A stretch of DNA of 64,000 nt from Octopus sinensis. Taxonomy: Eukaryota. The stretch spans positions 50,530,001 to 50,594,000 of the forward strand of contig NC_042997.1 of the NCBI RefSeq assembly GCF_006345805.1, in the 5' to 3' direction. Both the position numbers and the translations under genes were made by a program. The notes below the pieces were generated by a model that did no database searches, was not told where the DNA came from, and was given only the letters and a program-made list of their open reading frames with translations. Of this stretch, positions 40,802 through 53,719 are shown in pieces. Numbering within the stretch: the first letter of the stretch is position 1; the number at the start of each line of letters is the position of its first letter.

Positions 40802-42540
40802 CAGGGGTCGGGAAACTTTTTAGTGCGGCGGGCAAAAATTTACAAAGAGAAAGGTCCGCGGGCAGATCACCAGTTCTAACTCTTATATTTGTGTAAATCT
40901 TGTATATATCTATGTATAATTCAACATACAGTAATAAAGATAAGTTTAACACATTAAACTAACGCGTAACATCTTTATTAACGCTGCCACTGAATTTAGA
41001 GCGTTTATATTACTTATGGAGTGTTCTATATTTTTCTAAATGCACCTATCCTAATGTTAGAGAAATCATAACAATCAAGCATAGACCAAATTTAATTTTG
41101 AAAAATTACATTAATACTTCAATAACATTATATGTAAATGAGATATTTAAACAAATTTATCCAAGTGATAATTTTACCAAAGCTAATTAACCTTAAGTTT
41201 AAAATTTGGTTTTGTTTAGTGAAAGGGATGAAACTGCATTTTTTGCTTTTTTTATTTGAAAGTTTAGGAATATTACATGTCTTTGAAGAAACTGCTATTC
41301 TTAGTTTATTACTCAGGTTTTCGTCAGTAAGTCAGGTACGTAGACGATTTGTTGCATAATTCATTTTGGGAAAAAAAAACTTCTCACATTGATAAGTTGT
41401 CGAAAATTGAGATGCGAATTTCAAGGCATCCTTATGTAAAGCAAGGCATTTCTCTGGATTGATGAATTTGTAAAATTCCAATAAAGACAGATTATTATAT
41501 TTCGATTTTATTAAGTTATCTGACTTTAACTCAATTAATTCTAATTGTAAGGAATCCGGAGCCTTCTCAGGACACATATCAAAAGGTGTTTCAAAAACAC
41601 GTAGATCGATTTTGCTCTCTTCTATTTCGTCAAATCAACTTTCAAATTTCTTCAAAAGACTTTCACGCTCGCCAGAGTATTCCTTTGTCGATGCGTGATT
41701 TTGTTCGCTCAATTTGGGAAAATGTGTGAAGCACTTTGTTTTCAATTGCGTGACAAATAAATGAAGCATCGATTCAAAGCTTTTGATATGAGCAAGCAAA
41801 CTGGTTATTTGCTGATATTGGAGACTTGTAGTTTCAAGTTCAAATTATTTGAATGACTAATTATATCTACTAAAAATGTTAAATCACTTTGAAACGTTTT
41901 ATCTTCCAATCTACAATAGGAACGCCTTTAATATCCATAAAAAGTTTCACTTCTTCCTTCAGTTTATAAAATCGCTTAAGCATTTGGGCTTTACGTAATC
42001 ACCTAACTTCACAATGGTACAATAAACCCCCATATTCGGCTTCAAGATCTTTCAAAAATTCTTTAAATTCCCTGTCATTAAAACCTTTGCTTTTTATCAA
42101 ATTAACGGACTTGGTTACAACTTCATTACATTGCACATCTTGAGAGATTTTGCACATGAACTTTTCATATGAATAAAGCAGTGACACATAATGAAAGTTT
42201 TCGGATCCAAAAGATGCTTCTTCAATTTATTCTTAATCAGAACAACGAACCCTTTTTACGACCAACCATAGATGGAGCGCAATCTGTAGTTAGACCACTA
42301 ATTTTTTTCATGCGGTAAATCAAAATCCTTTAAGCCTAAGTTGATCATTTGAAATAAATCTTCATCTCTAGGCAAGAAATTTTCCCCGAATATTGAGTTT
42401 TTGCAGTTATTCCACGTATAAATATTGCCATCTGAGAAGTATTAGGCAGATCAGTTGTCTCATCTCTCTCTCTCTCTCTCTCTCTCTCCAAAATTCTTTG
42501 TCTATCTGTCAGTTCCCTATGCATTCTTAAACGGCTCCAC
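40802..42540 (-). mobile_element. Fossil hAT transposon (Charlie/SPIN/GTF2IRD2-like transposase), heavily decayed
   Basis: TIR CAGGGGTCGGGAAACTTTT at 40802; QMAIFIRGI; VNLIKSKGFNDREFKEFLKDLEAEYGGLLYHCEVR; LQLELIELKSD...LLEFY...FSTTYQCEK; other TIR not seen. Confidence 0.82.
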
Positions 42541-43197
42541 CAAATCAAATTTTACCAGGTAATAGTATTACACCGCGCGAGTGTCAACATGTAATTTTTA
42601 TTTTCATTTAGATTAAAGCAATATAACATTTAATTTTTCTATAGTCAACTATAGTAAAGGGCATTTTATACGGCGACGACGACGATTCATCTTGTGTATG
42701 AGTGTGTGTGCGTGTGTATTTGCGCGTTAGTATATGTATGTGAGAGTATATGTGTGTGTATGAGTTTATGTGTGTCAGCGTGCAAGCTTTTTACCACACG
42801 ACTACGCATATATATATATAATTAATATAAAATTAAGGATAAAATCTATATCAGATTTTATCTGGTAGTCAGCATGCAATCAACCGGTTACGGTTAAATT
42901 GATCAATTTATAAATATGTATCAAGGGCAAGCGAATATGTATTCAAGTCGCCAACATGCTAGAAAAAGACGCCAATGTCTAAAATCTACCTTTAGATATA
43001 AACACGCGCTGAACTCGTGCGAATAAATGAAGCAGATTGATGAAACGACGGTTCAATTACATATAAATTGATTTCAAGATTAAGGGATAATTCCTTTTTC
43101 TATCATCAGTGAAATATAACCCAATCAATGCATATAAATGCGAACAGGATACATACCCATGAAGCAGAACGGCTCCACAGCGCAAATACACTGTTCG

Positions 43198-43228
<31 letters not shown>

Positions 43229-43704
43229 AAAAAATGAAGTTCGAAAATGCTGCTGTATTATACAATTTTTAATTTTTATATATACATTATAACATGTTTC
43301 AGTTCCTGAAATGAACCTTATCAAAAAAAGTTATATATAAAAAGAGACAGCTCATGCCGTCAAACACAAGAAATTCATTTATAATACACAACGGAGTCAG
43401 ACATCTTAGAGTTCATGTATAGTTGATATATAGTTCATGTATAGTTGATATATAGTTTGTAGTATATGTTCAAAGTGTTCGATGCAGTGGCCCACGGTGG
43501 CGATACGTATTCAATACAAAAAACAGATCAAAGTGGTGGAAAGCGGTCAATACAGAAGATTGATGTTTCCGAAAGAGCGAGGAATTCATTTTTACCTTAA
43601 GCAATTGTGATGACCCATGGTGGAAGTTCGGTGGGTGGTTCTAGTGGGTTTTTGTGAAATGCTCGGTTTTATAATGCCTGTTAGGTGGTCAATCTAGCGT
43701 AGCG

Positions 43705-44038
43705 TGACGTCATCAATGTTTTGACCAATCGTTTCGTTAGGTGGCTTTAATCAAGTGGAACGGGACGTCATCATTATTTTGACCAATCGCTGCATTATAA
43801 CTCCCTCTTGTTTGTTTCCTGTCTTGACCAGTCGCTTCGTTAGTCAAGCATAGCGGGATGTCATCCAGATTCTGCCCAATCACGACTTATAGCTACATTA
43901 GATCTGCCCCCTGTCTGTACTCGTTAGGTGACTATTCAAGCAGAAAAGGACGTCATCAATATTCTGACTAATGACTGTCCCCTGTTTGTATCCTGTCCAT
44001 TCTAGCAGAGCTAGACGTCATCAACTTGTTGACCAATC
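43705..44038 (-). promoter_or_regulatory. Array of five CRE-like + CCAAT modules (left arm of the Penelope element)
   Basis: GACGTCATC-N7-TGACCAATC-like units at ~43706, 43764, 43857, 43949 and 44014. Confidence 0.55.
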
Positions 44039-44204
44039 AGAATCAGGTCTGACCCTTAGCTGTATCGTATGTATCAGGGTCAGATTTGCACGAAAGAATT
44101 TTTTCCTTTTTTACTAAGGCATATTTCCGTCAGAGTGAGTGTCTGTTTGAAGTAGTGGCCGTGGTGAAATTTGGTTCTCCTTTTCGGAGGACTTATCTTT
44201 TGTT

Positions 44205-44609
44205 TTAGTATTCCTGGCCCAGGGTGTTTAAACTTGGTCTAAATTTTTTTATGAAATATAGTTCTTTATTTTGGCGTTGTGTGAAGGTTGCGTTGTCACT
44301 GAATTTATAGAGCGGGTTAGTTGTAAATTTCGGATTTACATTTCCAGCACATCTATCTATGTGTCCGCTGACCTGTATTTTGCGGTAATCAGGGTTTCTA
44401 ATTTGTGATTTATGCACCGCCATCCTGTTACGTAAGCTATTTTTTGTATGGCCTATATACTGCCTATTGCAGCCTGCGCATGTTATGACGTAAATTAAGT
44501 TTTCTGATGCGCAGGTGAAGTTTGTTCTAATGGTGAACTGGTGGCCTTGTTCCAGTATAAATTCTGATCCTTCTTTCAAGATGACACAGATTCCGCAGTT
44601 GGGCCTTCC
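44205..44609 (-). pseudogene. Inverted duplicate of the GIY-YIG coding segment
   Basis: Protein identical to the C-terminal ~134 aa of the plus-strand ORF. Confidence 0.93.
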
Positions 44610-44610
44610 C

Positions 44611-46134
44611 AGCAAATTCTTAGACACACTTCTTAAACCTTTCCTAAAACACATCAAAAGCTACGTAAGAGACGATATAGATATGCTCAACCACCTCCCT
44701 AAAACAGTCAATGAGAAAACCCTTCTAGTATCATTCGACGTAGTTAATCTTTATTCTAACATCCCTCACAACCTAGGAATAGAAGCAATCACCTTCTGGC
44801 TGAATAACTACCCCTTTGAACTCCCAACTCGCATAAACAAAGACCTTATAATAGAAGGACTTAGATTCATTTTAGAGAACAATTATTTTATTTTTGACAA
44901 TGATTTCTACAGGCAAAGATCGGGAATAGCGATGGGCACGCGTACTGCACCATCTTTTGCCAACCTAGTGATGGGATACCTCGAGAAAATACTATACCGG
45001 ATGACACTCGAGAAATATGGAAACACCTTCGCCACCTATATCCATAACAACTGGAAAAGATACCTCGATGACTGTTTCATCATCTGGGACAAAGGCATAG
45101 AGAAACTTGAGGAATTTAAAATTCTATTAAATGGAATAAATGACAATATACAATTCACGATGGACCACAACGAAAAAGAATTACCATTTTTAGACATCCT
45201 CATTAAGAAAACCGGCAACAAAATAGAGACAGATATCTACTATAAACCGACAGACTCTAAACAGTACCTACCCTTTGATTCATGCCACCCACGACACACT
45301 AGAATGAATGTCCCTTTTTGTTTAGCTAGAAGGATTTGCACCATAATATCAGACACAAACACCCGACACACACGTCTCCAGGAACTTAGAACCACACTCA
45401 CAAATAGAAACTATCCACAGCCCCTAATAGACAGTGCAATCCAACGGGTACTTAAATTAAGTATAGAAGACGTGAGACAAACAAAACCAAAAAAGAAAGA
45501 ACAATCAAAAACCCTTCCCTACATCTCTACACACAACCCACTCAACAATGAGGCCTTCAACACCATACTACAAAGCACAGCCCTACTAAAGGGAGACCCA
45601 AAGATGAACCGGATCCTCGAAACACACACCATCATTAAAAGTAAACGGCAACCAAAATCCTTGAAAAGGATTTTAACCCAAGCTACACTGCACTCAACAT
45701 CAACCACAAAACCAGCAGTTAGAAAATGTGGAAGGCCCAACTGCGGAATCTGTGTCATCTTGAAAGAAGGATCAGAATTTATACTGGAACAAGGCCACCA
45801 GTTCACCATTAGAACAAACTTCACCTGCGCATCAGAAAACTTAATTTACGTCATAACATGCGCAGGCTGCAATAGGCAGTATATAGGCCATACAAAAAAT
45901 AGCTTACGTAACAGGATGGCGGTGCATAAATCACAAATTAGAAACCCTGATTACCGCAAAATACAGGTCAGCGGACACATAGATAGATGTGCTGGAAATG
46001 TAAATCCGAAATTTACAACTAACCCGCTCTATAAATTCAGTGACAACGCAACCTTCACACAACGCCAAAATAAAGAACTATATTTCATAAAAAAATTTAG
46101 ACCAAGTTTAAACACCCTGGGCCAAGAATACTAA
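44611..46134 (+). CDS. Penelope-like RT + Cys-rich linker + GIY-YIG endonuclease; uninterrupted but 5'-truncated
   Basis: SFDVVNLYSNIP, GIAMGTRTAPSFANL, RYLDDCFIIW, LPFLDI, YYKPTD...SCHP, CGRPNCGIC, NLIYVITCAGCNRQYIGHT..L..RM..H; the first ~32 aa of ORF 44515..46134 derive from the inverted arm. Confidence 0.92.
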   Translation, partial: SKFLDTLLKPFLKHIKSYVRDDIDMLNHLPKTVNEKTLLVSFDVVNLYSNIPHNLGIEAITFWLNNYPFELPTRINKDLIIEGLRFILENNYFIFDNDFYRQRSGIAMGTRTAPSFANLVMGYLEKILYRMTLEKYGNTFATYIHNNWKRYLDDCFIIWDKGIEKLEEFKILLNGINDNIQFTMDHNEKELPFLDILIKKTGNKIETDIYYKPTDSKQYLPFDSCHPRHTRMNVPFCLARRICTIISDTNTRHTRLQELRTTLTNRNYPQPLIDSAIQRVLKLSIEDVRQTKPKKKEQSKTLPYISTHNPLNNEAFNTILQSTALLKGDPKMNRILETHTIIKSKRQPKSLKRILTQATLHSTSTTKPAVRKCGRPNCGICVILKEGSEFILEQGHQFTIRTNFTCASENLIYVITCAGCNRQYIGHTKNSLRNRMAVHKSQIRNPDYRKIQVSGHIDRCAGNVNPKFTTNPLYKFSDNATFTQRQNKELYFIKKFRPSLNTLGQEY

Positions 46135-46301
46135 AACAAAAGATAAGTCCTCCGAAAAGGAGAACCAAATTTCACCACGGCCACTACTTCAAACAGACAC
46201 TCACTCTGACGGAAATATGCCTTAGTAAAAAAGGAAAAAAATTCTTTCGTGCAAATCTGACCCTGATACATACGATACAGCTAAGGGTCAGACCCGATTC
46301 T

Positions 46302-46635
46302 GATTGGTCAACAAGTTGATGACGTCTAGCTCTACTAGAATGGACAGGATACAAACAGGGGACAGTCATTAGTCAGAATATTGATGACGTCCTTTTCTGC
46401 TTGAATAGTCACCTAACAAGTACAGACAGGGGGCAGATCTAATGTAGCTATAAGTCGTGATTGGGCAGAATCTGGATGACGTCCCGCTATGCTTGACTAA
46501 CGAAGCGACTGGTCAAGACAGGAAACAAACAAGAGGGAGTTATAATGCAGCGATTGGTCAAAATAATGATGACGTCCCGTTCCACTTGATTAAAGCCACC
46601 TAACGAAACGATTGGTCAAAACATTGATGACGTCA
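46302..46635 (+). promoter_or_regulatory. Array of five CCAAT + CRE-like modules (right arm, Penelope 3' UTR/pLTR)
   Basis: GATTGGTCA-N7-GATGACGTC-like units; mirror of 43705-44038. Confidence 0.55.
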
Positions 46636-46996
46636 CGCTACGCTAGATTGACCACCTAACAGGCATTATAAAACCGAGCATTTCACAAAAACCCACTAGA
46701 ACCACCCAGCGAACTTCCACCATGGGTCATCACAATTGCTTAAGGTAAAAATGAATTCCTCGCTCTTTCGGAAACATCAATCTTCTGTATTGACCGCTTT
46801 CCACCACTTTGATCTGTTTTTTGTATTGAATACGTATCGCCACCGTGGGCCACTGCATCGAACACTTTGAACATATACTACAAACTATATATCAACTATA
46901 CATGAACTATATATCAACTATACATGAACTCTAAGATGTCTGACTCCGTTGTGTATTATAAATGAATTTCTTGTGTTTGACGGCATGAGCTGTCTC

Positions 46997-47067
46997 TTTT
47001 TATATATAACTTTTTTTGATAAGGTTCATTTCAGGAACTGAAACATGTTATAATGTATATATAAAAA
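46997..47067 (+). ncRNA. Hammerhead-like motif near the Penelope 3' end (mirror copy ~43273-43343 on the minus strand)
   Basis: TTGATAA (47016) - GGTTC(atttcag)GAACT - GAAAC-AT-GTT; palindromic AACATGTT; long AT-rich stem I; core has 2 mismatches to CUGAUGA. Confidence 0.4.
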
Positions 47068-47324
47068 TTAAAAATTGTATAATACAGCAGCATTTTCGAA
47101 CTTCATTTTTTACAAATATATACCTACTCGTATACGAGCTAATCCTATTATAAATATATATATATATATATATATATACATTCGCACATACATATTCCAG
47201 GATTTTTAACTCTTATATATACCATGCTTCTGCTCAACACCGACAGCCACGACATATTTGATTGTAATAATGAAATAAACAGATGTGCTTCGATAGGAAA
47301 CAGTCGGGATTTTACCCTAACCGC

Positions 47325-47462
47325 TTACCTACCTACCTACCTACATACCTACTTACCTACCTACCTACCTACCTACCTACCTACCTACCTACCTGCCTGC
47401 CTACCTACCTACCTACCTGCCTACCTGCCTACCTACCTACCTACCTACCTACCTACCTACTT
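47325..47462. repeat. (TACC)n microsatellite
   Basis: Direct reading. Confidence 0.95.
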
Positions 47463-47477
47463 ACATATATACATACA

Positions 47478-47800
47478 TGGTGGCTGCCCCCTCTTTATCG
47501 AGTATAGCGTTTGCGCGAAGCTTAATGAATGTTGTTATCGTGCAATGCCTGTGCAAGAAGATTTTTCTTAAAGTGAGGAAAGGCTGTGCACTGAGTCAAT
47601 CCCACTCACTAAGCAACAGCAGCCATTATCCGAAAAGAAGAACAAGTCAACATCATCGGTAACCACTGAGCCGCAGGTTTTATGTCAGAGTTATCCCAGT
47701 TACCTGGGTTACCTTCTCCTAGAAGGATGCCCTAACAAAGGCTAGGAGTCCTTCACTCCAAATGGTTTAACCGCGCGATCGGGTATTCAGTCCGATTATT
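47478..47800 (-). mobile_element. Non-autonomous RTE-related element (RTE 5' UTR-like motif)
   Basis: Minus strand CTAGCCTTTGTTAGGCATCCTTCTAGGAGAAGGTAAC resembles the conserved RTE 5' motif (recalled); ends at (ATGT)/(AGGT)n. Confidence 0.45.
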
Positions 47801-47844
47801 TCTATGTCCCCGCGCATGATACAGCCTTAAGACATTTATTGCAT

Positions 47845-48943
<1,099 letters not shown>

Positions 48944-49811
48944 GGCGCATGGCCCAGTTGTTAGAGCGTCGATATACTCATCCTACCTTGGTTTTGTTTT
49001 CATTTCCCTTAATATATATCTATATGTATATCTATGTGTATATAGATATAGAGAGATAGAAAGAGAGAGAAAGAGGGAGAAAGAGAGAAAGCGAGAGGGT
49101 TGAAAAATAGATGGATACATGAACACACACACATGTATATTTATTTAATTATTTAATGACATCAGTTGATATAAATGACGAAATTATATGCCCCTGAAGA
49201 AATTGAACTTAGAATGTGGTTGTAAATAAAGGAAGCAAGCTTGAAATTAAAGCAAAACTAAATAGACTCCACAAGGAAAAGGAAATTAAAGGAAAGAAAT
49301 TAAATGACGCTTATTTGTTCTTAAGTCGGCTTTGCTATTTTTATTTTCTTGTAGGATGTGTAAATATAGGAGGATTAAACAAAACAATAGAGAGAAACTG
49401 AGCAAAACGAAAAGGAGCGATTTACAGAAATATGATAGTAATAATTTGTATCAGGGACAAACTTAAACCTTTTTCATTTAATGAGATCCAAACAATTGTG
49501 TAATGTAGCCATGAAAAATGCGAGACGTTATTAAGAATTTTGTTGATTTTTTTCTAATATATTTATTCTGAAAGGTTAGAAGAAGCACCAACAATATAAA
49601 ATGAAAATTGTCAATGATTCGATTGTTTGAAGCAAATTTTCGTTTTAGAGAAACAAGAGCTATTCAGAAAAGAAATTTAAGTTTGCTTCAGACATCATGG
49701 CGGAAAAGGAGATTGTGGTGTTTGCAGAATTGCTTCCACACACACAGTGGTGAGGCTGTTGCAGGTTTTGAAACATAATCACCTGCAAATCATTCCAACT
49801 CATTCCTGCCT

Positions 49812-49882
49812 GTGACACACACATACATACATACGTACATATACACACACACACATACATACATACACACACACACATATAC

Positions 49883-49913
<31 letters not shown>

Positions 49914-50258
49914 TATACACACATACATACATACGTACACACATACACACACACATACATACATACACACACACATACATTCACACACATATACACGCAC
50001 TCACACACACATACATACACGCACACACACACATACATACACACACACATACACGCACAATACACATACATACACGCACGCACACACACATACTTATACG
50101 CACACATACATACATACATACACGCACACACACATACATACACACATACACACACATGCATACACACACACGCACATACATACATACACGCACACAAACA
50201 TACATACACGCATGCACACATACATACACGCACGCGCACACACACACACACATACATA
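49812..50258. repeat. Compound (CA)n/(TACA)n microsatellite
   Basis: Direct reading. Confidence 0.95.
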
Positions 50259-50259
50259 T

Positions 50260-50423
50260 AGGTGCAGGCGTGGCTGTGTGGTAAGAATCTTGCTTCCCAT
50301 GCACATGGTTCTGGGTTTAGTTCTACTGGGTGGCACCTTGGGCAAGTGCTTTCTACTATACCCACGGGTCGATCAAATCCTTGTGCGTGGAGTTGGTAGA
50401 CGGAAACTGAAAGAAGCTCGTCG

Positions 50424-50425
<2 letters not shown>
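50260..50425 (+). mobile_element. SINE family 2, 5' half (tRNA-like head + CORE-like box)
   Basis: GGTGCAGGCGTGGCTGTGTGGTAAGAA...GGCACCTTGGGCAAGTG...GGTAGACGGAAACTGAAAGAAGC. Confidence 0.8.
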
Positions 50426-50474
<49 letters not shown>

Positions 50475-50476
<2 letters not shown>

Positions 50477-50667
50477 AAAAAAATACAAACTGGGACAAGA
50501 ACGCAAAACATTTAGAAGACGATACAAAAAACACGGACGGGACATTCGAACCCTTCAATCTTCAGCCAAGAACCGGATCATCCTCGCAATTTCGGCTGAT
50601 TAATCTTGAGATTGCTCCGACCTGGCCAGCCCCAAAGGAAAATCTAAGCCAAGGAATGAGTTGGAAT
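50475..50667 (-). mobile_element. Short repeat between microsatellites, possibly a Penelope-like terminus with a degenerate hammerhead core
   Basis: Minus strand TGG-CTGAAGA-TTGAAGGGTTC-GAAT-GTC-CCG (50538-50568); bounded by (TA)n and (CA)n. Confidence 0.35.
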
Positions 50668-50939
50668 ATATATATATATATATATATATAAATATGCATA
50701 TGCCTGTGTGTGTATGTGTGTATATGTGTATGCATGCATGCATATATGTATGTATATATGTATGTATGACTAACATAACACAAATGGAAGGAAAAGTATA
50801 CTAGCTGGGTAGTCCGACAACGTGAGACGTTTCAACTGGTAGACAAAAATTCAGAGAATGGTGGACAAGATGGAAACTCATGAAAAGAACAAAACATAAA
50901 GTTGTGTACAGTGAATTGCCCTTCACAGCATTCAGCCTT

Positions 50940-52212
50940 ACGTGTCGAAAGTCGCGGCCCACCGGCTAGGAAGTCCCTTAAGGGACCCTCCCCGCTCAAG
51001 CGGAACACTCCCCCCGAACAACTGAGCAAAATGCTGGTGAAAGACTTTCTGAATCTCCTCCTGTCCATAGATCTTGCGTCCCCGCTCGTCCGTTAAAGGC
51101 TTTATAGAGGACTTTTTACCTCTCTGACTCTCCACACGACGCGCCCATCCAGCAACGTTAATACCTTCTCGCTTCCCTGCGCGTAGCTTGGCTCTGACTC
51201 TGCAGCCTTCATGCTTGGCGTTGAGGTGGTGGTACAAGACCGCTCTCGCTGCCAACACTCTAGATGCAGAGCCAGATTCCATTGCCTCGTCAAAGTTCTT
51301 AACTAGGTCGCCCTCTATTCTAGTCCTATCTAACTTAGCTGCCTGCTAAATCTAATGGACTGAACGAATGGCTCTTTTGAGGGCGTGCCACCATCTATTG
51401 TTAATGATGGTGCCACATAATGCCCTCTGAACTAGTTCCTTAATCCGGGTACGGAAAGCTTGACAAGTCAAAATAGACTTGTTCATTTTCCAGTACCCGG
51501 GTCCCTGTCTATGACATTTATCTACGTGTACCTCACCCGTCACAAGTTTGTGATCCGTGTAAGGCACAATACAAAACTGTGGACAACTAACACTATTCTT
51601 ATCTCTTTCCTTAATAAATACTCTATGTACGATCTGAGTGAGCCGTCGTTATTACTTCACGTCCAATGTGGAACGTTCGGCTCCTCCAATCGATAGCGGT
51701 CTACTAGATTATAGCTCTCTATCAGACCCTTGAGGCAAGGATTCCCTTTCCTATCAGTTGAGCCCACACTATCGAACCGCGCTTCGAGGATAGTGTTGAA
51801 GTCCCCTAAAAAAACTAACGTTTTAGACGTCACTAGAAAGTGCTCCAGTTCCCGATAAAAACCTGACTGTATACCCTTCGGAGGAACGGATACAGCTACC
51901 AACCTGAAGGATTGTTTACTCACGTGTGTCATATCTAGTACAGCCAGCCTGCCTTCTAGGTTCAGAAAGACTACTTATCTGTAAGTCCAAGTTCTTCCTG
52001 ATAAGGACTGCCACGCCTGCACTTCTTCCTCGGCTAGGAGAAATACATTTCTCGTAACCATTCAGAAGAGGCGAGAACGCTTGAGGTCCACTCATCTTGG
52101 ACTCGGTTACAATGGCAACATCTATTCTATGTGTCATGAGGTCGTTCAGAAAACAAGCTTGTTTCCATCTCGACCCCAATCCACGTACATTCAAACAACC
52201 TAACTTAATCAT
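50940..52212 (-). pseudogene. APE endonuclease portion of ORF2 of the second Tx1 family
   Basis: ORFs 51916..52212, 51657..51932, 51352..51567 and 50938..51282 are colinear with ORF2 of copy C. Confidence 0.85.
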
Positions 52213-52234
52213 TGAGGAAAATAAAATAAATTAC

Positions 52235-53719
52235 TTACGGTTGAGAGAGGGGGCATAGCAGTTTATGTCTGCCAGCTTCCCTCTCACTCCCCGAGGCTGC
52301 TGGGCTTTTCACCGGCGTTACCACCGGGCTCTGGTTAGGAGTGGCTGCCGGGCTGATGATTGACTTCCCAGCTATTGCCTCCTGGGTAACATCTCTGATG
52401 TTTTTGTTTAACAAATGTTCCTGGAGGAGCTTTCTTTTGAACTCCTCCTCTCCGACTTTTGCATATCGCGTGTCTGGCTCGCCTCCAGTTATTTTAAGAA
52501 TTTTCATGCGGCTATTAGCCTTGATTAGTCTTAAAACTATCTCGTTCTTCTCATTAAACGATATAATTTTTTCCGATTTTTTTTATACCTTTTAACACAG
52601 GGGGATGGGGTTTGTTAAAATGCTGACCTACGAAGGTAGTGTTAGCTGGGAGGGGTTGGGAAATTTTTTGCTGTTGCTCATCTGTGCTTGCAGTTTTTCT
52701 TTTTGTTTGGGGAGGGGAGTCCGAGGTGTTTTCTTTTTTACGTTTGTACGTCACCGTTACGAATTCCACCTGTTCGCTTTCCTTTTGTTTTTTCTCTTCT
52801 TCTTTTTTCTGTTCTTCATTCTTTCTTTCGCTTTCATTTTTCTCCTCCTTCTGTTTTTCAATTTGTTTTTTCTTTCCGTCTTCATCGCTCTCCTGCCTCA
52901 CAGCAGTTTGGGGAGGGACTTCAACTCTTGTTGTTGTTTTTTGGTACAAGTAGAACTAACGTGGCCCTTCTGCCCACACTTAACGCATCTGGGCCTACGT
53001 CCCTCCACCGACACCCGAATTGTGTGTCCCTCCCCTACGTCGATCCTGTCGGGCAAACTTTCAAGGGTTTGGTTGTCCCCTTGAACAACCATCTCCAAAC
53101 TCTGACCCTTCCAGTTCGTCTCCTCTTTCATCCTCATGCTTAGTATTAATACCTTAGCTTCCACGTCGTACACGACTGCTGTTGCTGCCCACATCACATC
53201 ATAACCGGCCGGTATGTCCTCAACTGTAATTTTAGCGGTTCGCCGGCCTAAATAAGTCGGTAACAACATAATTTCATCATTTTTTAAAGTCTTCGTGGAT
53301 ATCTCCTTTGCTACGTTAGTCGACTCGAATTGCGCTTCAACTGTAGCACTTCGCACATCTCGGCTAACGTAGCGTACTTTGTTCCAGATGGGAGCCATGC
53401 ATCGCTCCACCACTTCGTTCTTCACCTCTGCAATTTTCTTCTCCTTGATGTTGAATACCTTGTATACGACAGTTTTCTCTCGTATAGCCTGGACTGTTTC
53501 CTGGGGCGGTACCAGCTTAGTCTCTTCGCCATTTTTTACAATGTATTGTCTGAACTGGAAGAGCTTGTCCATCGTTACTTCCTGTTCGATAACTTTGCCA
53601 CCTACTGCAGCAGAAAAGCTTTGTTTGTCCTTGTTGACCGTTTCGCTTCCGATATTTTTAACTGTTTCCATCTCGAGAAAATCCTTTTTTGACGCAAGGT
53701 CACACTCCATCGTATCCAA
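52235..53719 (-). pseudogene. ORF1 (zinc-knuckle gag-like) of the second Tx1 family, frameshifted
   Basis: ORFs 52898..53719, 52554..52949 and 52235..52507. Confidence 0.78.

Larger units (their letters stand above)
43218..47122 (+). mobile_element. Penelope-like retroelement (probably Neptune-type): 5'-truncated plus-strand copy (44610-47122) fused head-to-head to an inverted copy of its 3' 1.39 kb (43218-44609)
   Basis: RT + GIY-YIG ORF; arms 43218-44609 and 45730-47122 are reverse complements with about 7 differences counted by eye; both ends at TA repeats. Confidence 0.95.

Noticed and set aside
40802-42540. Domesticated GTF2IRD2/ZBED-like host gene or recent horizontal transfer
   Set aside because: Riddled with stops and frameshifts and interrupted by (TC)n; nothing here supports function or transfer.
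43705-44038. CRISPR-like repeat-spacer array
   Set aside because: Units are degenerate, irregularly spaced, inside a eukaryotic retroelement, and no cas genes are present.
44515-44610. Met start of the 539-aa ORF as a genuine N-terminus
   Set aside because: These ~32 codons are the antisense of the inverted GIY-YIG arm; RT homology starts only at ~44611.
46977-46995. GACGGC-ATGA-GCTGTC hairpin as a hammerhead stem II
   Set aside because: Not flanked by CUGANGA or GAAA.
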